A DNA stretch of 64,000 nucleotides from NCBI GenBank assembly GCA_963823335.1, contig CAWGLD010000001.1:1408001-1472000 (forward strand), read 5' to 3'. Each line of letters starts with the position of its first letter. The stretch's first letter is position 1. Positions 49,421-59,589 of this stretch are shown here, one piece after another. The translations under genes were made by a program, and so were the position numbers. Origin of the DNA: an uncultured delta proteobacterium. GTDB lineage: Bacteria > Desulfobacterota > Desulfobacteria > Desulfobacterales > B30-G6. Under the pieces are notes generated by a model that ran no database searches, was not told where the DNA came from, and was given only the letters and a program-made list of their open reading frames with translations.

Positions 49421-50218
49421 ATGCTTATTGTTGGAGAACTCATTAATGCCAGCCGCAAAGCCATTGCAACGGCTATCGAAACACAGGATGGTGATGCCAT
49501 CAAAAAGGTTGCCCAGGATGAATTCGAGGCGGGTGCCCACTACATCGATGTAAACGCAGGTGTCTTTGTGGGCCGGGAGCCCGAGTATCTGACCTGGCTG
49601 GTGAAAACCGTCCAGTCTGCCGTCGAAGCACCCTGTTGTATCGACAGCCCCGATCCGAAGGCCATCGAAGCGGCCCTCTCGGTACACAAGGGAACACCCA
49701 TGATCAACTCCATTTCCCTGGAAAAAGAGCGTTACAACAGCCTGCTGCCCATTGTAGCCAACACGGACATGAAAGTTGTGGCGCTCTGCATGAGCGACGA
49801 GGGCATGCCCGAGACAGCCGATGACCGCATGGCTATTGCCGACAAGCTGGTCAACGGGCTTTTGCAAAAGAATGTTTCCATCGAGAATATTTATGTGGAT
49901 CCCCTGGTGCAACCGGTTGCCACGAACGAGACCTTCGGGGTTGAATTTCTGGAAACCATTGAAAGACTCACGCAAACTTTCAAGGGAATCCACACGGTTT
50001 GCGGGTTGTCCAACATCTCTTTTGGTCTGCCGAACCGGTCTTTTTTAAACCAGACCTTTATGAGCATGGCCATTGCCAAAGGGCTTGACGGCGCGATCAT
50101 CAATCCATTGGACAAAAAGATGATGGCCAACATCATTGCTGCCACTGCCCTGGCAGGTCAGGATGATTATTGCATGAATTATCTAAAGGCGTACCGGGCA
50201 AACCGTTTCGAGTTCTGA
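49421..50218 (+). CDS. Methyltetrahydrofolate:corrinoid methyltransferase (AcsE/pterin-binding family)
   Basis: IVGELIN, IDVN, IDS, MINS, VDPL, GLSNISFG; ATG 49421 after AAGGAG. Confidence 0.9.
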   Translation: MLIVGELINASRKAIATAIETQDGDAIKKVAQDEFEAGAHYIDVNAGVFVGREPEYLTWLVKTVQSAVEAPCCIDSPDPKAIEAALSVHKGTPMINSISLEKERYNSLLPIVANTDMKVVALCMSDEGMPETADDRMAIADKLVNGLLQKNVSIENIYVDPLVQPVATNETFGVEFLETIERLTQTFKGIHTVCGLSNISFGLPNRSFLNQTFMSMAIAKGLDGAIINPLDKKMMANIIAATALAGQDDYCMNYLKAYRANRFEF

Positions 50219-50278
50219 TATCTCGGCGGATTGATATCGGCACGGATAACATGGAATTATCTATTATGGAGGGAAGAC

Positions 50279-51544
50279 ATGACGGAGCTCACAACCAATC
50301 AAGAACTGCAGACAATGCGCAGTGAGGTTATTTCCAACGGATACGCCAGTGGTACGGGCTGTTATATAGCCTCTGCCAGAGGGGCTTTGATCCAGGATGT
50401 GGAAGGCAAGGAGTATATCGACTTTGCAGGCGGGATTGCCGTGATGAACATCGGTCACAGCCATCCCAAGGTGGTGGCGGCCATCAAGGCCCAGGCGGAA
50501 AAATTCACCCATACCTGTTTCATGGTGACCCCGTATGCATCCCCGGTCCGCCTGGCCAAAAGGCTGTGCGAAATTACCCCGGGAGACTTTGCAAAGAAGG
50601 TCCTCTTTATCAACAGTGGGGCCGAGGCTGTGGAGAATGCCGTCAAGATCGCCCGTTACTATACCAAACGACCGGCGATCATCGTATTTGAAAACGGTTA
50701 CCACGGCCGAACACTGCTGACCATGACCATGACCAGTAAGGTCAAACCCTACAAACTGGGTTTTGGTCCCTTTGCCCCGGAGGTGTACCGCATGCCTTTC
50801 GGGGATGTTGTCGGTCCGGAGAAGCTTGAGGATTTTTTTATCAAGCACGTCAACCCCGAGGCGGTCGCAGCGGTGGTGGCGGAACCGGTTCAGGGAGAAG
50901 GCGGGTTCATCGCTCCCCCGGACGGATATTTCCAGAAACTGGTGGAGATCTGCCGGAAAAACGGTATTCTGTTCATCAGCGACGAGATCCAGACCGGTAT
51001 GGGCCGTACGGGCAAGATGTTTGCCATCGAGCACTGGGGCGTAGAACCGGACCTGATTACCGTGGCCAAGAGCTTGGCAGCCGGCATGCCCTTGAGCGCG
51101 GTTGTGGGCCGCCAGGAGATCATGGATTCCATACACCCGGGTGGGCTTGGCGGCACCTATGGTGCCAACCCCCTGGCCTGTGAAGCGGCCTTGGCCGTGC
51201 TGGACGTGTTCGAAGAAGAAAAAATGCTCGATAAATCGGTGGCCTTGGGCGAAAAACTGTTGGCCCGTTTTAAGACCTGGCAGCAGCAGTACGACATCAT
51301 TGGCGAAATCCGGGGCTTGGGCGCCATGCTGGGATTAGAACTGGTAAAGGGTCCAGAGTGTTCTCCTGCCGCAGAAGAGGCCAAAGCTCTGGCAGCGGCC
51401 TGTTTTGAAAACGGGTTGAGCATACTGGTCTGCGGTAGTTACGGAAACATCATTCGTGTATTGGCTCCTTTTGTCATTACCGATGAACAGTTGAATAAAG
51501 GTCTCGATATCATGGAAGCGTGTATCAAAAAGATCAGTGCGTAA
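50279..51544 (+). CDS. gabT: Class III omega-aminotransferase (4-aminobutyrate/5-aminovalerate type)
   Basis: DFAGGIAV, SGAEAVENAVKIAR, EPVQGEGG, DEIQTG, AKS PLP lysine, GGTY. Confidence 0.88.
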   Translation: MTELTTNQELQTMRSEVISNGYASGTGCYIASARGALIQDVEGKEYIDFAGGIAVMNIGHSHPKVVAAIKAQAEKFTHTCFMVTPYASPVRLAKRLCEITPGDFAKKVLFINSGAEAVENAVKIARYYTKRPAIIVFENGYHGRTLLTMTMTSKVKPYKLGFGPFAPEVYRMPFGDVVGPEKLEDFFIKHVNPEAVAAVVAEPVQGEGGFIAPPDGYFQKLVEICRKNGILFISDEIQTGMGRTGKMFAIEHWGVEPDLITVAKSLAAGMPLSAVVGRQEIMDSIHPGGLGGTYGANPLACEAALAVLDVFEEEKMLDKSVALGEKLLARFKTWQQQYDIIGEIRGLGAMLGLELVKGPECSPAAEEAKALAAACFENGLSILVCGSYGNIIRVLAPFVITDEQLNKGLDIMEACIKKISA

Positions 51545-51567
51545 TCTTTAAGTAGGGGAAAATACCA

Positions 51568-53349
51568 ATGCTGGGTATATATAATCGCATTTTAAAGGTG
51601 GATTTGACCAACAAAGCTTTTAAAATAGAGGACAACGGCATTCCATTATCCATTTATGAAACTTTTCTGGGAGGCAAGGGATTGGGTACCTACCTTCTCT
51701 ACAAGTATAACCCGCCGGGTGTTGATCCCCTTTCTCCGGACAATCACATTGTTTTTGCCACAGGTCCTGTAACAGGGAGTCGTATCTGGGGAAGCTGCCG
51801 GTATGGCGTCTTCACCAAGTCACCCCAGACCATGCTTTACTCGGAGTCCTATTCAGGCGGCAAGGCACCCGAAGCCCTGGACAGTGCCGGGTACGATGCC
51901 ATCGTCATTTCCGGTAAAAGCGCGGCCCCGATCGTGTTGTCTGTTCACCCGGAGGGTGTGACCTTCCATGATGCCGGCGATATCTGGGGAAAAGACACCT
52001 ATGACACCGAAGACATCCTGCTGGAGCGCTTCCGGCTGACCAACGAGACCTATGGGAAACCCGGGGCGGTGGTGATCGGGCCGGCTTCGGAGAATCTGGT
52101 CAAATTCGGGGTGATTGAAAACGATTACTGGCGCTCGGCGGGCCGTACGGGTGTGGGTACGGTATTGGGGGCCAAGCATCTTAAAGGGATTGTGTTTCAG
52201 GGAGATTGCCAGCGCCCTCTGGCGGATCCGGATGCGGTGAGCGTGTTCTCCCGTGAGCTTGCCATGGATAACAAGGAGAGTCCGGGGGTCAAGGCCTATA
52301 AAAGCATGGGCACCCCCATGATGGTCAAGCTGCTCAACAATGCCAAGGCATTTCCCACCCGGTACTGGTCTGCAGGTACGTGCGAGCACTGGGAGAAGAT
52401 CAGCGCCGATGCCCTGCACAATCAATGCGAGGTCAAACCCAGGGCTTGTCTTAAATGTTTCATGGCCTGTGGCAGGATGAGTCGTGTTCTGCAGGGACGC
52501 CATTCCGGATTGCGTCTAGAAGGACCGGAGTATGAAACCATTTATGCCTTTGGCGGGTTGTGCATGGTGGACAGCATCGAGGAGATCATCTATCTCAACG
52601 ATATCTGTGACCGCCTGGGGATGGACACTATTACCGCCGGCAATCTCTGTGCCTTTGCCATGGAAGCCGGGAAACGGGGCCGGATTGACCCGGCCATCGA
52701 TTACGGCGATGTGGACGCCATTGCTGATCTGTTAAAGAAAATTGCCTACCGGCAAGGGGTCGGCGACATTCTGGCCGACGGTATTCGACATGCCGCCAAA
52801 ATGTGGGACCTTGAAGAGATTGCCGTACATTCCAAAGGGTTGGAACCGGCCGGTTATGATCCCCGTGTTCTCAAAGGCATGGGTCTGGCCTATGCCACAT
52901 CGGACCGGGGCGCCTGTCACCTGCGTAGCACTTTTTACAAACCGGAACTGTCCGGTATGATTGCACCGGAAAAGATCCAGGGTAAAGCCAAAGTATTTGT
53001 CGACTTTGAAGATCGGCTGACGCTGTTTGATGCGCTGGTCTTCTGCAGATTTTATCGGGACATGTACGCGTGGGAACAGCTGGAGAAAGTTGTTCGCATG
53101 GTCACCGGTATCGATGTAGACAAGCCCGGGCTTCAGCAGATGGCTGCCGGCATATCCACGCTGGTGCGTCGCTTTAACATCAGAGAGGGCATGCGGCCCG
53201 AAGACGACGCTCTTTCTGCAGGGTTGTTCCGGAAATTACATGGGGCCGATAATCAACTCACCAAGGACGAGCTTGACTACATGCTCAAAGACTATTACCA
53301 GCTTCGGGGGTGGGATGAAAGAGGGATACCGTTTCTGGAATGCGAATAG
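51568..53349 (+). CDS. Aldehyde:ferredoxin oxidoreductase (W-dependent AOR family)
   Basis: GGKGLG, TKSP, C..C...C, GPEYET, GMDTI, RGACH. Confidence 0.92.
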   Translation: MLGIYNRILKVDLTNKAFKIEDNGIPLSIYETFLGGKGLGTYLLYKYNPPGVDPLSPDNHIVFATGPVTGSRIWGSCRYGVFTKSPQTMLYSESYSGGKAPEALDSAGYDAIVISGKSAAPIVLSVHPEGVTFHDAGDIWGKDTYDTEDILLERFRLTNETYGKPGAVVIGPASENLVKFGVIENDYWRSAGRTGVGTVLGAKHLKGIVFQGDCQRPLADPDAVSVFSRELAMDNKESPGVKAYKSMGTPMMVKLLNNAKAFPTRYWSAGTCEHWEKISADALHNQCEVKPRACLKCFMACGRMSRVLQGRHSGLRLEGPEYETIYAFGGLCMVDSIEEIIYLNDICDRLGMDTITAGNLCAFAMEAGKRGRIDPAIDYGDVDAIADLLKKIAYRQGVGDILADGIRHAAKMWDLEEIAVHSKGLEPAGYDPRVLKGMGLAYATSDRGACHLRSTFYKPELSGMIAPEKIQGKAKVFVDFEDRLTLFDALVFCRFYRDMYAWEQLEKVVRMVTGIDVDKPGLQQMAAGISTLVRRFNIREGMRPEDDALSAGLFRKLHGADNQLTKDELDYMLKDYYQLRGWDERGIPFLECE

Positions 53350-53407
53350 TGAGCGCTCATGTACAGCCGGGAACCCGGTAAACCACCATATAAAGACCTA
53401 TTGATTG

Positions 53408-54487
53408 ATGACTTTATCGACCCTACATCTCAAAAACATGTTGTCCGACGTTCAACTAGGCCGCAAATTGAGTGCGGCCGATACGGTTCATTTATTGAGC
53501 CTGGAGTATGAAGATACCCTGGAGATGGTGTTTGAGGCCGCTCGGAACCTTCGTAAAACAAATTTTGGCCGTAAGATATTTACCTACGGCTTTGCCTATA
53601 CCAGCACATTCTGTCGTAACGACTGCATCTTCTGCTATTTCCGTCACTCCAACAAGCAGCCGCAGCGGTATCGAAAAGAGGTCCGGGATGTTCTGGAAAT
53701 TGCCAGGTACATGTCCAGGGAAGGGGTCAATCTCATGGATTTGACCATGGGAGAGGATCCACGGTTTCAGGATTCTAAAAACGGGGCCATGGATGCCCTG
53801 GTTCAACTGGTCAAAGACATCAAGGCCGTGACAGAGTTGCCTGTTATGGTATCCCCTGGTGTTGTTCCGGATGAAACCCTGGCCATGTTGGCTGCCGCCG
53901 GTGTCACCTGGTACGCCTGCTACCAGGAGACCCATAATCCGGAACTGTTTAAAACCTTAAGAATCGGGCAATGCTTTGAAGAGCGTCTGGAGAAAAAGCG
54001 GGTGGCCAAAAAACTGGGACTGCTGATTGAAGATGGGATTTTAGCCGGTGTGGGTGAGTCGTCGTCGGACATCGCGCATTCCATCCAGGTGATGCGCACC
54101 CTTGATGTGGATCAGGTTCGGGTCATGAAGTTTGTGCCACAGCCCGGAACACCCATGGCAGCGCATGCTGGGGAAACGTCACTGCGTGAGTGTCTTGTCA
54201 TCGCCGTCTTGCGCTTGTCTTTTCCTGATCGCTTGATTCCGGCATCTCTGGATGTGGATGGTCTGGCGGGATTGAAGATGCGTTTGAATGCCGGTGCCAA
54301 TGTCATTACTTCCCTGGTGCCCCCGGATTTTGGCCTTTCGGGTGTGGCGAACAGTGACCTGGATATTGAAAATGCCAATCGGACCATGGCCGGGATACGC
54401 CCCGTACTGGAGGATTGCCATCTTAGCGCTGCCAAAAACATAGACTATCTATCATGGGTACGGGCACGTCAAGATGCCTTTTTGTAG
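53408..54487 (+). CDS. pylB: Methylornithine synthase, radical SAM enzyme of pyrrolysine biosynthesis
   Basis: FTYGF.Y.STFCRNDCIFC, DLTMGEDP, WYACYQETHN, QVRVM.FVPQPGTP, LIPASLDVDGLAGL, AGANVITS; start uncertain (53405, 53408 or 53438). Confidence 0.88.
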   Translation: MTLSTLHLKNMLSDVQLGRKLSAADTVHLLSLEYEDTLEMVFEAARNLRKTNFGRKIFTYGFAYTSTFCRNDCIFCYFRHSNKQPQRYRKEVRDVLEIARYMSREGVNLMDLTMGEDPRFQDSKNGAMDALVQLVKDIKAVTELPVMVSPGVVPDETLAMLAAAGVTWYACYQETHNPELFKTLRIGQCFEERLEKKRVAKKLGLLIEDGILAGVGESSSDIAHSIQVMRTLDVDQVRVMKFVPQPGTPMAAHAGETSLRECLVIAVLRLSFPDRLIPASLDVDGLAGLKMRLNAGANVITSLVPPDFGLSGVANSDLDIENANRTMAGIRPVLEDCHLSAAKNIDYLSWVRARQDAFL

Positions 54488-54579
54488 GTAATTGTCCGCT
54501 GAGGGAAACCCAAAAACAGGTTGTGTTTTTTCGGTTATATGACGTATATATCGAGTTTGTTACAAATTAGGATGATGGA

Positions 54580-55296
54580 ATGCTCAAAGCGATCAATGTG
54601 ACAAAAAAATTTGGTGAACTCAAGGCGGTGAATGACCTCAGCTTTGAAGTTCAGGAAGGACAGATCTTTGGTATTGCCGGGCCCAACGGTGCTGGAAAAT
54701 CAACGGTTTACAACCTCATTACCGGTTTTTACCCTTATGAGGGTACCATCGAATTTATGGGCCGCAACATAGCCGGCCTGCCGCCCTATCGTATCGCCAA
54801 AGCCGGTATTGCCCGTACGTTCCAGATCCCGCAGGTTTTTCCCAGTCTGACCGTGCAGAAAAGCATTTCTGTGGGCAGCCGTTTCGGTGCACGCGGCGGT
54901 CTCGATGCGGCCCATGTAGACGAGGTGATTCGTTTTGTGGAACTTGAAGAGGAGCGTTTACAAAACACCGGTCTTTTAAACCTCCTTTCCAAAAAGAAAC
55001 TGATGATCGGGGCCGCCCTGGCTACGAAGCCCAGAATTCTCATGCTGGACGAACCCATGGGGGGATGCAATGCCAATGAAATAAGAAGCCTGATGGATCT
55101 GATCAAGCGTATCAACCAGGAACTGGGTGTTACGATCATTATTATAGAGCATTTTATGAAGGTCTTGACTGAACTGACCGAAAAACTGCTGATCATCGAA
55201 TCCGGGACAGAGATCTGCTGCGACACACCCCAAAAAGCAGTCGACAATCCAAGGGTGATCGAGTGTTATCTAGGGGATTCATATGCTAAATGTTAA
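54580..55296 (+). CDS. HAAT (Liv-type) ABC transporter ATP-binding protein, LivG-like
   Basis: GPNGAGKS, GIARTFQ, LDEP, IIEH, YLG. Confidence 0.9.
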   Translation: MLKAINVTKKFGELKAVNDLSFEVQEGQIFGIAGPNGAGKSTVYNLITGFYPYEGTIEFMGRNIAGLPPYRIAKAGIARTFQIPQVFPSLTVQKSISVGSRFGARGGLDAAHVDEVIRFVELEEERLQNTGLLNLLSKKKLMIGAALATKPRILMLDEPMGGCNANEIRSLMDLIKRINQELGVTIIIIEHFMKVLTELTEKLLIIESGTEICCDTPQKAVDNPRVIECYLGDSYAKC

Positions 55297-55987
55297 AAAA
55301 TTGAATGCCTATTATGGCCAGTCGCATGTTCTGAAAGATGTCTCTATTGCGGTCGAACAGGGTCAGGTAGTGGTCATTTTGGGGCCCAATGGACATGGCA
55401 AGAGTACCCTCTTGAAATCCATCTGCGGCCTGGTGAACAAGGCCAACGGCCGTGTCATCTACAAAGGGCACGACATCATGGGCCAGGCAACCGAAAAGAT
55501 CGTCAACACGGGCCTGATCTATATCGCTGAAAATCGAGAGCTGTTTCCCCATATGACCGTTTTGGAAAATCTCAAACTGGGTGCCTATTCCAAGAATGCC
55601 CGATCCCGGGAAAAGAAAAATCTGGAACGGGTATTCGATCTATTCCCGCGATTGGTGGAACGTCAGAAGCAATCTGCTTCGACCATGAGCGGCGGCGAAG
55701 CTCGCATGCTGGCAGTGGCGCGGGGATTGATGTCCAACGCTGATTTTTTGTGCATCGATGAGCCCTCCTTGGGACTTCAGCCCAGTTTGCGTCACGAAAT
55801 TTTTTCCACCATCAAGCGGATCAACGAGCAAGGCAAGACGGTTCTTCTGGTGGAACAGAATATTCCTCAGATAACTGAACTGGCTGATAGAATTTATGTC
55901 ATGGAGGAAGGGCGGATTTCCTTTGAGGGGAGCAAGGACGAAGCAATGGGGAATAAGGATTTAAAGGAAATTTTTTTAGGAATGTAG
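55283..55987 (+). CDS. HAAT ABC transporter ATP-binding protein, LivF-like
   Basis: GPNGHGKS, LFPRL, MSGGE, DEPSLGL, LVEQN. Confidence 0.9.
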   Translation: MLNVKKLNAYYGQSHVLKDVSIAVEQGQVVVILGPNGHGKSTLLKSICGLVNKANGRVIYKGHDIMGQATEKIVNTGLIYIAENRELFPHMTVLENLKLGAYSKNARSREKKNLERVFDLFPRLVERQKQSASTMSGGEARMLAVARGLMSNADFLCIDEPSLGLQPSLRHEIFSTIKRINEQGKTVLLVEQNIPQITELADRIYVMEEGRISFEGSKDEAMGNKDLKEIFLGM

Positions 55988-56221
55988 CAAATTTTGATCA
56001 TCTCTAATGCGTTGATCAAAATATAGGGTACAAGGGTCCGAGGGTGATACAAGGGTTATAGGGTGGCTAACAGCTAACAACGGACAGTGGCATCCAAACT
56101 TCTAAGCATCCTATCTTCCCGGCATACAAGGGGGTCGACGGTACCAGGGTACGAGGGTGGTGGTTTGACACTTATAATCTGTGTAGCAACTGACTAAGCT
56201 TGGCATAGAAGGTGACAAAGC

Positions 56222-57124
56222 ATGTTTAGCGAAGACACCATTTTATTGTTTTATGAAATTACGGACGTCATTATCGCCGGCTTGTCCACCGGTTCCGTAT
56301 ACGCCCTGATGGCCGTGGGCATGACCTTGGTCTATGGTGTGACCAAGGCGTTCAATTTCGCCTATGGAGATTTTTTCAATATGGGCGGCTATTTTGCGTG
56401 GATATTGATCTTTGGCATCGGTCTTCAATTCGGCGGATATCTGACAGTTCTGCTCATTGTGATGCCGCTCATGTTTGTTGTAGGATACGGACTTGAAAAA
56501 CTCATGATTGCACCCTTGAGGAAGCGGGATGATTGGGAAAACAAGGTCATGATGCTGACTCTGGGTCTGGCGCTCTTTCTGACCAGCCTATATTCGGTGA
56601 TCTTCGGTGTGCGTATGAAATCGTTGCCCCCCATCCTAGAAGGGACGATAGAGGTAGGCCAACTGGTGTTTGCCCACCAGGACATTTTGATTTTCTTCAT
56701 GTCATTGGGCGGCATCCTGGTTTTTGGGTGGATGCTTAACAACACCCGCCTCGGCTTGGCTGTACAAGCTGTAGCCCAGAACCCTATGGGGGCCAAAATC
56801 GTGGGGATTCCACAGGAGCGTATTTTTGCTGCCACCTTTGCCATTTCAACCGTCATGGTGGGATTTGGCGGAATCCTATTGAGTCAGAAGTGGTTCATCA
56901 ATCCCAATTCAGGCGGCACGATCATGATCAAGGCCTGGGTAGTAACCGCATTCGGCGGAATGGGTTCTATCCGCGGAGGTCTTTATGCTGCTTTCATCAT
57001 TGGCATGCTGGAAGCCTTTGTGGGTTGGATATTCGGTATGAGCTACGGCATTATTGCGCTTTTTATTCTTTTGTTGGCGACCCTGGCGTTGAGGCCTCAA
57101 GGTTTAATGGGAAAAGGCGACTAA
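56222..57124 (+). CDS. HAAT ABC transporter permease, LivH-like
   Basis: YALMAVGMTLVYG...NFAYG, GGMGS, RPQGL. Confidence 0.9.
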   Translation: MFSEDTILLFYEITDVIIAGLSTGSVYALMAVGMTLVYGVTKAFNFAYGDFFNMGGYFAWILIFGIGLQFGGYLTVLLIVMPLMFVVGYGLEKLMIAPLRKRDDWENKVMMLTLGLALFLTSLYSVIFGVRMKSLPPILEGTIEVGQLVFAHQDILIFFMSLGGILVFGWMLNNTRLGLAVQAVAQNPMGAKIVGIPQERIFAATFAISTVMVGFGGILLSQKWFINPNSGGTIMIKAWVVTAFGGMGSIRGGLYAAFIIGMLEAFVGWIFGMSYGIIALFILLLATLALRPQGLMGKGD

Positions 57125-57127
57125 ACG

Positions 57128-58087
57128 ATGCGTATGAAACATATGGCAATCATCATCGGTGTTTCCTATGGAATTATGGCTATCCTGCCTATTATTGTAG
57201 GGGATATCCCCTTTATCATGAATATTTTGATCATGTGCCTCATCTGGGCTGTGGTGGCCTCCTGCTGGGATGTCATGATGGGGTTTGCAGGTATTTTCTC
57301 ATTCGGTCAGGTGGCTTTTTTTGTCATAGGTGCCTATTGCTCCGGTATTCTATCCATTGACCATCATGTGACACCGGTATTGTCCATTCTGATGGCCGGT
57401 CTGTTTACAGCAGGTGTGGGCGTTCTTGTGGGGTTGCCCTGTCTGAAACTGGCTGGGCCCTATGTAGCCCTGGTGACCTTTGGTGTGCACATGGCTTTGC
57501 AGCCCACATTAAGGGGTGAGATCGGCATTGCCCTGGGGTCCGGTGGCTCGGTGGGTCTTCTGACCATCCCTCCCATCAGTATATTCGGCTATACGTTCAG
57601 TTCAGCCAATATTGTCCCGACTTTTTACCTGACGCTTCTGGTATCCCTTGTCTGCGCACTGATTATTATGTTTGCCATTAAATCTTACTGGGGCGTTGCC
57701 TTTCTGGCCCTTAAAGATTCTCAGGATTTTGCCATGAGCCTGGGTGTCAGTGCATTTAAATATAAGTTGATGGTCTTTGCCCTGACCTCTTTTTTAACCG
57801 GTATCATTGGAGCATTTTACGGTCATTTTTACGGAGTGCTTTCTTTTCGCATGCTGGATCTGGATCTTTTCAGCATCTTGATGGTCATGATGCTGGTGGG
57901 CGGCTTGGGACATTTTCCCGGCGCTATCCTGGGTGCATTCCTGGTCGTCGCAGGCAGCGAACTCATGGCGCCTCTGGGCGCATACCGGGCTGTGGCCATG
58001 GGTGCTTTGGTGGTCATTCTGGTGTTGGCCCTACCAAACGGTGTTATGGGCCTTTTTTTAAGGCGTTCGGCAAATAGAATCGTATGA
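57128..58087 (+). CDS. HAAT ABC transporter permease, LivM-like
   Basis: GFAGIFSFGQVAFF.IGAY, L.GPYVALVT, VGGLG, PNG. Confidence 0.9.
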   Translation: MRMKHMAIIIGVSYGIMAILPIIVGDIPFIMNILIMCLIWAVVASCWDVMMGFAGIFSFGQVAFFVIGAYCSGILSIDHHVTPVLSILMAGLFTAGVGVLVGLPCLKLAGPYVALVTFGVHMALQPTLRGEIGIALGSGGSVGLLTIPPISIFGYTFSSANIVPTFYLTLLVSLVCALIIMFAIKSYWGVAFLALKDSQDFAMSLGVSAFKYKLMVFALTSFLTGIIGAFYGHFYGVLSFRMLDLDLFSILMVMMLVGGLGHFPGAILGAFLVVAGSELMAPLGAYRAVAMGALVVILVLALPNGVMGLFLRRSANRIV

Positions 58088-58159
58088 TAATTTTATGAAA
58101 CCCGACGCTGTCGCTATAATTTGGATCTAACTTTAATTTCAACAAAAGGGAGGTAATGT

Positions 58160-59380
58160 ATGAAAAGAATCAGTCTGTTAACCTTGGTTATGGCGGTGAG
58201 TCTGTTTTGCGCCCCCGCAGTCATGGCGGCCGATACCATTCCGGTGGGTGTGCCGATTCCCATGACCGGCTGGGCTGCCGGCTCAGGATCAGATTATTTC
58301 AAGGGTATCAACATGGCTATTGATGAGATTAATGAATCGGGTGGCCTTCTGGGTAAACAACTTGAAATCATCCGTTTCGATTCCAAGGGGTTTGAGCCCG
58401 AAGTGGTCATGCAGGCCGCAGATTATCTCTGTGGCCAGAAGAATGTGGCATCCGTGCATGCCGGTTGGGCCGGCTGGGGCCAAGACGTTCGTGCTTACGG
58501 AAAATATGACGCTCCATTTTTTGCTGATGACGGCTCCCAGGCGGCGGTGGATATCTTCAGAGAAGATCCTGAGAAGTATTATAATATCTACCAGACAACC
58601 GATGTGGGTGTCGAGCAGGCAAAAAGCATGTTTCGTGCCCTGATGGCGCTTCCTTACAAATACCCCAATAAAAAGGTTGTGATTATCAATACCGACGATT
58701 CATGGGGTCTTGAAGTAGGTGACACGCTGAATAAAAGCTTTGAGGATAACGGCTGGAAAGTGGCCAAACGTGAGACCGTACCTTACGGCACCAATGAGTG
58801 GGGAGTCATTCTTTCGCAGATTCGCAGGATCAAGCCGGCTCTCATCCATATTGAAATCCCCAGTGGTCAGGAAAATATCACGTTTATCCAACAATTTCTG
58901 AAGAACCCTTCCGACGCCATTATCAGTCTTGGCTGGGGTGTTACACCGCGTGAAGTGGTGGACACCCTGGGTACGCAGGCCGACGGTATTGTGGGCGAAA
59001 TGCCCAGCGGGCTACCCGGACCCAAGGCGCCCAATGCAGCCGGACAAGCCTGGGTTGATAAGTTCGTCAGCATCAACAAGCATCAGGTCCCGGCCGGTGC
59101 CTGGATTGCCTACACGGCTGTGAAGGCATGGGCCAATGCGGTGACCAAGGTGGGGGATGCCTATGATTTCAAAGCCGTGAATGCTTATATCAAACAAAAC
59201 GGTTATGTTGGTGAGTTAGGCCAGATCACCTGGGACAAAGATAATGTCCTGCGTGCCCAAGCAGGAGCACCGGTGGTACACTACCAGGTGCAAGGCGGTG
59301 AGCTGCAGCCGATTTTCACCGATCCACCCCTGACACCGTATCCGGGCACGACATTTCAAAAACCACGCTGGATTAAATAA
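58160..59380 (+). CDS. HAAT ABC transporter substrate-binding protein
   Basis: Signal peptide, IPVG...PMTG, AIDEINESGGLLGK. Confidence 0.88.
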   Translation: MKRISLLTLVMAVSLFCAPAVMAADTIPVGVPIPMTGWAAGSGSDYFKGINMAIDEINESGGLLGKQLEIIRFDSKGFEPEVVMQAADYLCGQKNVASVHAGWAGWGQDVRAYGKYDAPFFADDGSQAAVDIFREDPEKYYNIYQTTDVGVEQAKSMFRALMALPYKYPNKKVVIINTDDSWGLEVGDTLNKSFEDNGWKVAKRETVPYGTNEWGVILSQIRRIKPALIHIEIPSGQENITFIQQFLKNPSDAIISLGWGVTPREVVDTLGTQADGIVGEMPSGLPGPKAPNAAGQAWVDKFVSINKHQVPAGAWIAYTAVKAWANAVTKVGDAYDFKAVNAYIKQNGYVGELGQITWDKDNVLRAQAGAPVVHYQVQGGELQPIFTDPPLTPYPGTTFQKPRWIK

Positions 59381-59412
59381 CGGCAGCAAACATTTCTACA
59401 TATATTTGTTAC

Positions 59413-59454
59413 CTGGTCAGTCCGGACATTTTGTGAAACGTCCGGGCTGACCAG
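59413..59454 (+). terminator. Strong stem-loop at the end of the transporter operon
   Basis: CTGGTCAGTCCGGAC...GTCCGGGCTGACCAG. Confidence 0.6.
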
Positions 59455-59589
59455 TACGCCTCTCGAAATGTCTGATAATGAAAATCTTTAAGTAATAATT
59501 GTAAAGTACTCTGTTGGATTCATACCAGCTAAATCTTGCTTGAAATTGGATGAGAAAACCATCGGTGGCAAGAGATAACGCGGGAAAGC

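Noticed and set aside
53347-55990. aor, pylB and livF all end in TAG; possible pyrrolysine read-through extensions
   Set aside because: Read-through adds only 1, 5 and about 13 residues with no recognisable domain; TAG is also used by tig and other genes, so no depletion is evident
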